In this document: positions 25,433 through 38,426 of the stretch, piece by piece
Layout of the letters: each line of letters starts with the position of its first letter
Numbering within the stretch: position 1 is the first letter of the stretch
Assembly: GCF_006345805.1 (NCBI RefSeq)
Contig: NC_043003.1
Coordinates: 30,628,001-30,692,000 of the forward strand
DNA: 64,000 nucleotides
Reading direction: 5' to 3'
From: Octopus sinensis
Lineage: Eukaryota
Notes under the pieces: generated by a model
Seen by the model: only the letters and a program-made list of their open reading frames with translations
What the model was told of the DNA's origin: nothing
The model's database searches: none
Program-made: the position numbers and the translations under genes

Positions 25433-25671
25433 TGTATTTGTATATATATATATATATATATATATATGTCTGTATTTGTATATATATATATGTGTGTGTA
25501 TGTATGTGTATGTATGTATATATATATATTTATGTGTGTATATATATATATATATCTATGTATGTATATATATATATATGTATATATATATCTATGTATG
25601 TATATATATGTATATATATAGCATGGAAAGCGGACGTTAAATGATGATGATGATGATGATATCTATGTATG

Positions 25672-25702
<31 letters not shown>

Positions 25703-25714
25703 GTATATATGTAT

Positions 25715-28596
25715 ATCATCATCATCGTCATTTAATGTCCACTTTCCATGCTGGCATGGGTTGCACGGTTTGACTGAGGACTGGTGAGCCAGAGGCTGCA
25801 CCAGGCTTAACCTGATCTGGCAAAGTTTCTGCAGCTGGATGCCCTCTCAATTGGCAACCACTCCGAAAGTGAAGTGGGTGCTTTTACTTGCCAGTCAGGT
25901 GCTTCTGGCAATGATCACACTCAAAAGATGTTTTTTACATGCTACCTGCACAGGAGCCGGCCCAGCGGCACTGGCAGTGACCACACTCAAATGTTGTTTT
26001 TCACGTTCCACCAGCACATGCCGGTAAGGCGACGCTGGCAACGATCACGCTTGAATGGTGCTTTTCACGTGCTACCAGCACGGGAGCCAATTCGTAGCCC
26101 TGGCAACAAACACATTCAGATGTGCTATCAATGTTCCACTGGCACGAGTGCAAATCAGGCAGTACTGCCATGCCAGCGATTTTGATATGTTTTCACTTGC
26201 CTCAATAGGTCTCCGCAAGTCAAAGTTCATTGTCCAATGCATGAGGGGTACTCATAAGTGGGCTGGTTACACCCCATGTTTGGATGTGCTTCTAACGTTC
26301 CACTGGCACGAGTGCCAATCAGGCAGTACTGTCATCGGCCACGTCAGTGATTTTGATTTTGATTTCACTTACCTCAACAGGTCTTTGCAAGCAAAGTTTA
26401 TTTTCCAATGAATGAAGGGTAATCATAAGTGGGCTGGTTACACCCACTGGCATACGCCATGGGCTATGGTCTCACTTGGTTTGTCGGTTCTTCTCAAACA
26501 CAGCATATCTCCCAAAGTCTCCGTCACTAGTCATTGCCTTGGTAAGGCCCAATGTTTGAAGGTCGTGATTCACCACCTCATCCCAGGTCTTCCTGGGTCT
26601 ACTTCTTTGCGTCCCCAAAGTCTATCCCCTCCTCACCGTGGTGGGGACACTGGCAACGAGTAGCATCAGAGCTATGCCGTCGGGAACTTTAGTTCCTTGT
26701 AGGGTCACCCAAGGTGGATTGGTCTGACACCGAGTGGTATTAGAGCCACAACCCGGAAGACGGGGCTCTGGTGAAAATCCTCGGAGTGTCTGCTTCGGCA
26801 ACCGGTGGCTCCTCAGTCATTCTGTCCCTGCGTCTGTAGACAATCTGTGGCAAACAGGATGTCTCCACATGCGGGATTGTTGAGGACTGCTTGTGAAATC
26901 CACATATTCCCACGAAACTTCTTCCATGAGTAGAAGAAGCCGACTCAATCCGCTCAGGGTGAATGTTGCCACAAGTACAAGTAAGTACCTCTTCCACAGG
27001 TTCCATCAACTGCTAGGGTGTGACACTTTTTCATACAGCTGTCCTCATTCATTCACAACACATGACCATACCAGTGCAGTTGTCTCTCTTGCACACATCT
27101 GATGCTTCTTAAATCCAACTTTTCTCTCAGGGTGCTTACACTCTGTCGTGTATGCACACTGATATTACACATCCAGTGGAGCATACTGGCTTTGTTCCTT
27201 GCAAGCTTACGCATGTCCTCAGCAGTCATGGCCCATGTTTCACTGCCATGTAGCATGGCTGTTCGTACACATGCATCATACAGTCAACGTTTTACTCTGA
27301 ATGAGAGGCCCTTTTCACCAGCAGAGGTAGGAGCTCTCTGAACTTTGCCCAGGCTATTCTTATTCTAGCAGCTACACTTTCGGAGCATCCACTCCCACTA
27401 CTGACTTGGTCACCTAGGTAACAGTAGCTATCAACTACTTGTAGTTTTTCTCCCTGGAATGTGACAGAAGCTGTTCTCTGCATATTTTCAATGTTTATAG
27501 CACCTGAGCATTTGCCACATACAAAAATTATCTTCCCAGTTAGCCTCCCTTTGATATTACTGCACCTCTTATGTGTCCATAGCTTACACTAGGTACATCT
27601 TATGGAGTTTCTACCTACTCCTTTTCTACAAATTGACCAGGGCCATCTACCTGAAGGGATTTATGGTTTGTCTGCCTTCCTACTTATTAAGACTTTGGTT
27701 TTAGATAGATTGACTCTAAGGCCTTTCGATTCTAATCCTTGTTTCCACACCTGAAACTTTACCTCTACTTCTGAGAGTGACTCAGCAATTAGAGCCAGGT
27801 CATCAGCATAGAGGAGTTCCCAGGGACATCCTGTCTTGAATTCCTCTGTTATTGCCTGGAGGGTTATGATGAATAAGAGGGGGCTGAGGACTGATCCTTG
27901 GTGGACTCCTACCCCTACTTGGAATTCTTCACTGTACTCATTGCCAACCCTCACCTTACTAACAGCATCCCTGTATATGGCTTACAAAGCTCTCACTAAC
28001 CATTCATCTATCCCTAGTTTCCTCATTGACCACCAGATAAGAGATCGGGAAACCCTGTCAAAGGCTTTCTCCATGTCAACGAAAGCCAAGTACAGGGGTT
28101 TATCTTTGGCTAGGTATTTCTCTTGCAGCTGTCTTACCAGAAATATAGCATCAGTGGTGCTTTTTCCCTGGCACGAACCCAAACTGTATCTCATCTAGAC
28201 TAACTCTCCCTCTAATTAGTTGGGCTGTGACCTTCAGTACCTGATCCAACAGCTTGAAACCTCTGTAATTATTTATATCTTTACCTTTGTAGCAGTTGAC
28301 TATGGTGCTGCTACACCAGTCATTGGGAATGACTCCTTCATGTATCACCTGGTTAACTGTATGGGTGACTAGGCTACAGCCAACACCACCAGATATTTTG
28401 AGCATCTCTGCAGTGATTCCTGATGGGCCGGGGGCTTTCCTTGTCTTGATACCCTTAATTGCTTTATCTACCAAGGTACTGTCAATTCAGATTGCTGGTC
28501 CCTCTGTTGGGTTGGCATTCAGCAGACTCTCTCCCATTCATTCTTTTTATTTAGCAACCTTTCATAGTGGCATCTCCAAACCTCTCTCTTTGCAGC
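25715..28596 (-). mobile_element. 5'-truncated, frameshifted RTE LINE with RT, PHD remnant, 3' UTR and (GAT)n tail
   Basis: [46 protein letters not shown] and VVDSYCYLG. Colinear with the RTE at 61480-64000. Confidence 0.92.
26603..26985 (+). mobile_element. ~380-bp 3' fragment of a different non-LTR retroelement nested in the RTE
   Basis: Splits the RTE sequence GGGTCTAC|CTCTTCCACAGG. Ends in an ACAAGTACAAGTAAG short-repeat tail. Possible TAC duplication at 26600-26602 and 26986-26988. Confidence 0.65.
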
Positions 28597-28619
28597 TTTG
28601 TTTAATAATTATATGGGTT

Positions 28620-29130
28620 ATGCAAAGACCATAAACCCTGTCATGGGGCCCCAACCAGACCAATTTGCAGAGCGGATATCTCCAGCAACTATAGACTGTC
28701 CTACTTCCTCTCACAGGTACTACAACCACTCATAGAGATGTATCCAGATGTCTGTGTGAGCAAGGAAGATCTCCTCAGTAAAATTAGTACTTGCAACCAC
28801 TCTAACGACCTCACAGGTTGTGTAGTGGGGAGTATGGATGTGATTTCACTCTACCCATCTATAGACATAGATTTTGCTGTGGAGAAATGCATTCAGATAG
28901 TCTGTGAGAGTGAAGTAGAGTTCTGTAAGGTCAACACGAGAGAACTGGGCCTCCTTCTCAGACTAAGCTATGACAGTAACTATTTAGAGGACTATGACCT
29001 CAGTAGATTCTGCCTCACCAGGTCACTGAGGAGAAGACCACTCACCATCACTTCAGCAGTGAAGAACTTCTGCATCACAGAACACTGGAGTGGCTGGACC
29101 GCACCCACCCAAAACCCTGAGAACAACAAT
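28620..29130 (+). mobile_element. Penelope-like RT fragment (second lineage)
   Basis: TRPICRADISSNYRLSYFLS and VVGSMDVISLYPSID (PLE S-x-DV-x-SLY motif). Confidence 0.7.
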
Positions 29131-29859
29131 CAGGTGAAAGAAAAAAAAAGGATGGGTCATTTGTGGCCTTTCTTCAGTCAAGATACCAGATGTCCTTACC
29201 ATTTTGAGCAGTTATACTTGAGACGGTTTGATCTGGTTGTCCTCAAAAAAGTCTAAGCTAAGAGCATTAGATTTTTTGTAAGAAAGCTAGTGAATGTGAA
29301 CAGCAACAAAGACAAAAAAACGGAGAACATGGTATACAATTACAAATACAAGCAACAAGAATATAACAACAGGCATCTTTCAACTGAGAATGAATCAAAT
29401 TGAGCTGGCGTGTATAAAGTGAAAGCCTAAAAGCAGTATATAAGAATGGAAAATAGAGAGAAACGCACAAGATGTTATTTAAATCATTTATATCACTGTA
29501 TCACCAACATATGTTTCGATTGATATATTAAAATAAATCTGAGAAGAAGAATAATGTACCAATCTCATCGCCGAGATTATAAACAGCAGTGATCATTAAT
29601 AAACCACTTTTACAGATGTAAGAAACTATAATATATATGAAAAACAAAGAGCAAAAAATCAGGTTCCTTAAAAGAAGAAAGTGTTTGGAGTGCTGTTTCG
29701 ATATTATTCATGCTTCTGAATGTTTTCCCACTGATAAAGACTTGAAGAGCCCCAAACAAGTGTTAAGTCTGTGAGTTAGAGCTTCCCAACCTAATGAATT
29801 TATCTCTTCTTGGATTGTCTTTGCTGAATGTAGCAAGTTTGACTGGAGGTGGTTGTTTT

Positions 29860-30090
29860 TTGAGCAAAACTTGATCGACACATTCAAGTCATTGACAAAG
29901 TTCTGTGAGGATACTTTTCCTTTGTTTCAATAATTCAAAGTGAACAATACCAACTGTATTCCACCAAACACAAAACAAAATCTTAATTTCATTGTAGTTC
30001 AGGTGTTGGAACTGTATTTTCATTTGGTGATAGTCAGTGCTTATTACATTTATTGTTGGCATAGATCCATTTCTCATCACCTGTTACATT
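29860..30090 (-). mobile_element. mariner transposase fragment
   Basis: KILFCVWWNTVGIVHFELLKQRKSI matches the mariner motif KxMLxVWWDxxGxIHxELL. Confidence 0.7.
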
Positions 30091-30929
30091 TTGATTTAAA
30101 AAGGTGTCTATTCTTCATTTTGATTTGCAAATTGCCAAAACTCAGCTTTATTCTTGGGGAACAGCTCACGAGGTACCCAGTCCCCCTTTTTATACATGTT
30201 CCCAATCTGCTTGAGATTTACCAAACCTCTGGAATAAGTTCCTACCACTTGATGCAGATCCTCTTTAATTGCTGTTTTGCTGCATTATTATTGAGAACAG
30301 TTGACCTTCTTGATTGATACCCATCCCCAAAAAATCAAAACCACCATTTTTTAATTTGTTATACTCCCTTTAGCATTTCTGAACCTTCACACCATCACAA
30401 TATACAATGTTTTCCCTTGTACATGTTGGATTGTTGTCCTTATGAAATTAGTGAAGCATGCAATGTTGAAAATGCAGCTCACTACAGTCTTTGTCTTCAT
30501 GGGCTATCAGATACAAGCATATACACACACACATAGTACAGGTCTACATTAACATTTAACTCTATGCTGATTGGTTGATTGCAAGAACACCTTTTATTGG
30601 CTTGCAAACTATTCATGATATGACATCATACTATTCGCTTGAAAATACATTACATTTTGGTACCCCTAATACATACATGTATATGTATGTATATATATAT
30701 ACACATATATATGTATGAGTATATTTGTCAGATACTGGTAACAGGGAATCCAGCATGCAATCTCTAATGGATATTTAATCCTGATGTCTCTCTGACTCCA
30801 CCACCTGGGAGACCAACCACTCTACTTGTCACAATTTCTTTGTCTACCACTCTGATATTACACTCCACTTACCCTTACCATCCATTACCTGGACAGTAAA
30901 CTCTCTAGGCTTAAGCAGTCCATTTTCAC

Positions 30930-31650
30930 CATCATGGACATATATACTAATTCCTCTACCCATCCTCTTTATACATCACAACTTGTCACTGTAAGGAACC
31001 TCAGATATACCTACTCTCTGACAAAGGCATCTTGTGTCATTAAGCCAGACACTTACAGCAGCCTAGTGTACCAATACCTCAGTAACAGTTGGACTTGCAC
31101 CAAAGTCAATGGAGTAACTGAACCCTACTGGAAGACATCGTCAATAACACCTTGGGCAACATCTGCAGTCAGGGTAAAGTGTTAAAAATAATTTCACTAA
31201 GTGTAACAACAGGTTGCCTACCTCGTACCACCTGCTCAAGACACTCAGAGACTTAATCTCCAAATCAGACCATAGTATCCAGCATAAGAGGGCCATTTTA
31301 CAAAATCTTGTGCCTCATCTCTAGAATCCTGAGACATAATTAGCTCGATGTCATCCAATACTCTCAGATGAAATTGATACATTTTCATCCTGGACATAAT
31401 CCCACTTACATTGCTTCATTGGACCTATACTGCTTCAAACTTACCACCTTTGATATCCACGCAGACTTATCGGTCATTGCCACCAACACACACTGACTTT
31501 CTCAAAAATTCATAGTGTTCAGATCTTCCAATGGGAGCTAGTTTTTCAGGCCTACTAGCTATTATTTACTTAGACTGGCTGGAATGCAGAGTACTCAATA
31601 CCTACCACTCATGCACCGTCTTCACCAGATATGTAGATGACATCCTCATG
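30930..31650 (+). mobile_element. Highly decayed Penelope-like RT remnant
   Basis: VIKPD, MGASFSGLLAI (cf. MGSPLSxxLA) and RYVDDIL in fragmentary frames. Confidence 0.5.
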
Positions 31651-34220
31651 TGTAATTGACATTTGCATTCAATCTGTGCCTCTCTTCCTCATATTGATGT
31701 TTGTGTGATAAGGGACTGCATTGGGTCATATTCAATACACCTTGTCATGACTCATCTGTACTGTTAGCCATCAATTCCTCTCACCAAGTTGCTCACTAAT
31801 GTCCATTACTCTCTCTTTTTGTCCATCTCTGTTATTATATATCTCTCTCTCTTCCTTTATTCCCTCCTTTGGCCTCAATCAGTTTCTTCAATCTTATTCT
31901 ATTTTTCACCCTTTCATCTTGGTTATTCTGTTCCACTTTCTCATCCATTCACTCTGTTGCTCATGTGGCCTTGAATAAATGAAGGCATAAAATAATGAAG
32001 ATTTTTTAATATTGCAGAGTACAAAAGAATCTTAAGGCCAGTGGTACAATAAAATGCACCAACTACACTCTGAAAAGGACTGGTAAATGAACAGGGACAA
32101 CATAGGGTCAGGGGGATACTTCAGTCTTGTTGTGGACATAACCTTTGACATTGATGCCAGAGAGGGTATCACGTATAATCTGTTATGTGGTTGGTGTAAG
32201 GATGCATATATAGCTATAGGAACTATCTCAGAAATGGAATGTATAGGCAAGATGTACTCTCTTGATCTATCCAGGAGGGCAGAAATCTGAATAAGAACTG
32301 ATTTGGATTCATGACTCATCCAACACAGCAGCATGGAAGCCAGGTGTAACACATTGATGATATGTCCATATGTATATATCATAATACACACACACATATT
32401 TATGTACACATGCTATATACATCAATCAAAAGTTACACATTCCAACAATAGTAGTATTCTTTCAGCAACTTAAGCCAATTTAAACTGTAGAGAATTGAGA
32501 ATTTATGTGAAAAACTTATGAGAAACATCATTGTACATATAATTCTCCTCCCCCATAACGGTAACAATTGAGTTTAGAACACTTGATAAATTCTTTAAAA
32601 CTGAACAGTTCGTTTTCAGCTATAATTCTTTTGATGCCTGAATATAAAACCATACTAACCTTCCTTCCTCCAGCTTGTCTTTCACATATGCAGACAAATG
32701 CTGACTAAGTGTACGCATTCAAAACTGTCATACTAAATCTTGGCTTTGCCCAAGCTAGAACATTTCTCAAATTAATAACATCTTTGATTTCATAATCAAC
32801 AGAAGTGAACTGGCCAGGGTTAGCATCCTATCTGTTATCGCCATATCTGGAGTTCTATGAGAGTAGACCATAGTGAATTCCACACAGGTGCAATTCTAAG
32901 AATAAAGGATTGATTAAAGTGTTTAATGCAATGGCTTAGTGGATTGAACAACTATGGATGGGAGTGGCAAGTTACTATGTTACAAGAAAAGAAATTGTTA
33001 AAGTAGAGCAGTATGAAATATCAACAAGAAATAGTATATTTGCAGCTAGTTTGTATAGTGTCTTTTCAAATTACCTGGATATGGTCTAGCAGCAGTAGAT
33101 TTTTAGTGATGAGAGCATAACAACAATGGGAGTGTAATTCAGATTTGTAGAGGTTCAGTGATAGGTCAGATATAGAGTATTTCCTGAACCTAAAATGGAA
33201 GTTTTGTCATTAGAATACATTTCTGGAAACAAGAAATGAGAGGAAACCATAGGTTACCAAATTTGCAAAGGACTTCCCATATGAGATACAATCAAAGTGA
33301 AAGTGACCACAAGTAAAAAAATGAAAGTGATGGTGATGGCTCAGAAGAATAAGAGAGATTGTCTTAATGGAAATGGTAAACACTTTACAATTTTACTGAA
33401 GTAGATTAAACTTTATTTAAATTTCTGGCTAATTTACAGAGTGATGAGGTCAGAACTCAGGATTCTGACACCCAGGTTTAAAATGACAGAAGATTAAAAA
33501 AAAAAAAGGGAAGTTGTCCTATATGTCAGACATGTCTATCTCACAGAAACATATGGAATGAGCATTGAAACATTGATGTGGATGGTAAAGATTCACAAAT
33601 TATACCATTTATATTAATGTTACGGTTATATGGATATTTGCAAGTAAAATATTCAGCATAACTAAGTCATAACAGAATCAGGCTATGGCTAAAAGAAATC
33701 ATAAAATTATATAACAACTGAATCATTCTCTAATTTGATACATACATAACAGATATTACATACAAATATGAAAAAATGACTATAAAACCTAAATATTATA
33801 TTGTATATCCAATTACGGTATGATGAAATATTTCCTTTTACTGTTTGTGTACCTGTTTGTAACATAAAAACAGTACAGTGTTGTTTTCCATCTACAAAAG
33901 AATACATTTCAGTAATTTACCTTCAAGGTTAAATAGATAAATTTTATAATTTCTCCCTTTCAAAAATGTTAGATGGAATACATGAGTATTTTAAAAGATT
34001 TTCATTTAAATATCACAGTAGTAAATAATGTAACCAATCAAGATATAGTTGGGGTCATGTAAAACATGATGCATGTGTTATCATACTTATATTTTTTGTT
34101 ATGTGTAAATATATATATTACCATATAAGATATTTCTTGCATAAAATATACCTATTCTTCTGTATGAATCCATACATGTTTTATGAAGTGACTGTTTTTG
34201 ATAGAATGATTTACCAGAGT

Positions 34221-34865
<645 letters not shown>

Positions 34866-35168
34866 TCATTTTCATACTTTATTTCTATCAAATATTTTAC
34901 TATTATATTTCCATCAATTGTGACCTTCATTACTATCTGAAGATATTGAGAACTACTTTGTAAATCTGTTCAAGTCTAAGGAAAATAAAATTCTCTTGTT
35001 CAAATTCTTCACAGTCAAGTAGAAAAATGTTACTAATAATGTCTCACAGAGGAAATATTTCACTGTAATTCTCACAGCCTTATTTTCCACTCTGTTTAAT
35101 ATTCTTTGGTCTTTTATTGATGATGCAGCTAAAGTAAAAATTCTTTTATGCCAATGTCATCCAATACT

Positions 35169-35185
35169 CTGAAATAATAAAGAAA
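35169..35185 (-). promoter_or_regulatory. Probable splice acceptor of the ZNF-C coding exon (exon would start at 35168)
   Basis: Minus strand TTCTTTATTATTTCAG| about 340 bp upstream of the ATG. Confidence 0.6.
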
Positions 35186-37033
35186 CAGTATAAGGTTTCA
35201 AAAATGTAGATTCAACAATGGAAATTTTAATATATTTCTATATTGATTAACTATAGACATAAAACATATGTGAACAACTGAACTTAACTTTCAAATAACT
35301 TTATGTGAAGTCTACATATTTACAAAGTACAGCTACTCCTTCAGGTTGTGTAATATTATATACATTAGGTAAATGGACTAACATTTTTCTCTCTCCAGAG
35401 ATATCTGCTGTTGTTCAGTGATAGTCGAGCAAGTTTGGTGCTGGTTGACTAGACCTGTGATAGAAAATATTCCATCCAATCTTAGTCATAAGCATTCAAA
35501 ATCTAGCTTTACATTATCTAGTGTATACCTCTTTTTTCAAGACTGGCTTAATTTGAGAGATATTTGGCTGACATTTCTAGAATATAAGTAAATGTGTGTG
35601 TGTGTGTAGGACTGTTTATGCAAATGGCAGAAATAGAATTCAATACATATAATAGAAGGCTTTTTTTTTATTATAAGAGAAGCTACATCAATGATTCAAA
35701 GGCTGGGAGTTTCATGCTGAGGCATTTAATCAAACTAACCTTGGGTGCGAACTACTAGGGTTTTGAGTTACCCATGCAGCTTCTTAACTATAACCAAGTG
35801 ACAATAGAAGCTATCTACTACCTCTAGAAATCCTCACGAGCATTTGATAAAATCTATTTGTCATATACTCTTAATGATTATTGCTCCAGTGCATTTGCTC
35901 CAGCCAAAGTCTACTTTCTCTGTTAACCTACTTGTAACATCACTCCAACTCTTGCATGTCCACAATTTGCATTAGGTACAATGTATGGAATTTCTACTTA
36001 CTCCTTTCCTATATACTGAGCAAGGCCATTTTCCCAATGAAAGTAAATCCCAGTATATTTTCCTACTTATAAAACTTTGCTCTCTCTCTCTCTCATATAT
36101 ATTTGTAGAGTTTGTAGAGGATTTCACTAAAAAATATCCATTTTCTTGAAAGTTAAGACGAATTGAAGTGGACTGAACTCCCCCCCCCAAAAAAAAATTT
36201 GTATATTCGGAATCTACATGATATAACACATATTCGTAGAAAATTTTATTAAAAAAAATATCCATTTTTCTGAAAGTTATGATCTTCCAAAGTCCGGGGG
36301 GGGGGGGCTCTGTAGTTATGCTGCATGTCCGACGTCCTCTCCCATACATGCCGGAAAAAAGAAATTAATATCGTTTTTTATTTTATTTTATTTCCATACT
36401 ACATATAATTTCTTAGGCAACATTAAAACTATCCCTAACGAAATTGGAGAAGTGCGTTTCTGAAGAAGCTCCATTTCTTATCTTTAAAAAGGCCCAACTA
36501 ATTGACATTAAAATGTGTTGTTTGTCACGTAGAAGGAGTTTGAATTATTTTCATATACTACTAGAAAAAAATTATATTTTCCCACTAATAAATGCATAAT
36601 TGTATCAATATTTACTTACATCGCGCTTCATTCATCACTTCTTGTGGAAGTGTAGGTTACATATTTCATACTAGACACTAATAGTCTGTGTTTACTCTCA
36701 ACTAAAGATTAAACAAATTGTGTCAATACTCGTAAAATTTCGTCTGTCAATCTACAACTGTATATTACACAAACACATATATATAAATAATCGGTCATCA
36801 AAGATTGCAACTTTATATCGAATGTAACACCCAATACTGGGTTTTCAAACATAACAGATCACCAATTGAGTTTAATTAGAAGTGCGGTCTCGTACATCAA
36901 AGTCAGAACGCGGAAATATTCCATATCTTTTTTCCAATGTTGCTATGTACTTTCACTTCTATATTATTATTGTATGCTAGAAGTAACACGTAATTCTATT
37001 GTTTATAGCCAGCCTTAAGGCAAATCTTCATAA

Positions 37034-37200
37034 ACTTACCGCTGTTGGATATAAACAGTGAATCAGTGTGTTGCGCCAGTATGTAACCAAGAAACTAAAG
37101 TGGTGCTTTGGTTGTAAAATTGCTGCTAGGTGAAGAAGATTTCAATTTATTTTGGCGAATCTCCACTACGTTAGCATTCATGTTACTTCTTCCGGTTTTA
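37034..37200 (-). promoter_or_regulatory. Candidate ZNF-C first exon and promoter
   Basis: G|GTAAGT donor (intron would start at 37039), a locally CpG-richer tract and an ETS-like CCGGAAG near 37190. Confidence 0.45.
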
Positions 37201-37362
37201 GCGATAGATTCGTATGTTGTGAAAATTACGCAGTAGAGCTGGCATTGTATTGCTCACAAACACACACGCAGGTATATTGATCCAAATAGAACTTAGAATA
37301 TGATTATACGTATATTTTTATTAATATTTTTCAGAAGTAACAAAGTGACTTAAGATCCGAGA

Positions 37363-37806
37363 GTATATATATTAAAGTTAGATAAAACCTGTTTATGGGA
37401 TTACCTTAGGGTTCACGTTCATAAAGGACATAGCTTTATGGCGATACCTGCTTAAACGGGACCATGCGCTGTAAATTAAGCATAGCGGAAAGGGTGAGGA
37501 TCCTAAAGGACTCCCTCAACTCAGGGAACATCCTTAACTCCAGAACGGAGATCTTCGGATCATGCTTATATTTCAGGAAATTCCTTCTGGCCTGTTAGAA
37601 CATTAAGAATGACAGGTTCACCGGTGAACGGTAGCCAAAGGGAGACAATCCTCTTTGTTGACATTGAGTAGCAGGGTCCTTTTCTCCTCCATATTCTAGA
37701 GAGACCACTCCCTGAGCAAACAGGTTTTGAGTTCTTATGATATGCAATAAAGCTAAGCCCTTTATGGACGTGAAACCTAAGGCTTTATCTAACTTAAATA
37801 TATACT
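37363..37806. mobile_element. ~445-bp MITE-like element with ~60-bp imperfect TIRs
   Basis: Left GTATATATATTAAAGTTAGATAAAACC...CCTTAGGGTTCACGTTCATAAAGG versus the reverse complement of 37745-37806. The left arm has a ~16-bp insertion. Confidence 0.75.
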
Positions 37807-38004
37807 GCTCTGTAACTTAGAATGTGCTTCTTTTTTCGGATTTATGATTTTACAGACGATCCATACATACATATAGGTGAGTTAAGTTAGAGGTTATAAC
37901 AACCGTATGCCAGCTGTCAGATAGGGTTTTGTCTTTTTATAATCAATAAATGATAATTGATGTTTATCAATCATCAATTTTATCTCCGTTTTCTGTTTTG
38001 TATA

Positions 38005-38054
<50 letters not shown>

Positions 38055-38243
38055 CGAAACACGCATTGAGTCGAACCAGGGGCAGCCGATGAAGGGGAAT
38101 TGTCCTTGTATTGTTTGTCCTGTACTCTGTTTTTTCGTTAAAAAAAGTCCGTTTCCTGGTTTGATTTTATGTTTTCGTTTCTCGTTGTGTCCGTTTATTT
38201 GTGGTGTCCTGTACTCACACACACACACACCACACACACACAC

Positions 38244-38342
<99 letters not shown>

Positions 38343-38426
38343 GCATGTATATATACATATAGATGTAAGTATGTATATATATGTATATATGCATGTTTTA
38401 TTTATTTATTATATTGTTATTATATA

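Noticed and set aside
24684-25644. ORFs rich in YI/HT/CV repeats; also at 37957-38459, 40690-40929, 52398-52677, 58745-59096 and 61211-61549
   Set aside because: Translations of (TA)n, (CA)n and (ATCT)n microsatellites.
26740-27009. 89-aa minus-strand ORF (MMEPVEEVLTCTCG...)
   Set aside because: Spans the junction of the RTE and the nested insert; no recognisable motif.
32000-33400. Possible decayed CR1/L2 endonuclease/RT remnant (LLDHI-like); similar traces at ~54450-54950
   Set aside because: Only isolated short motif matches by eye; too weak to call without a translated profile search.
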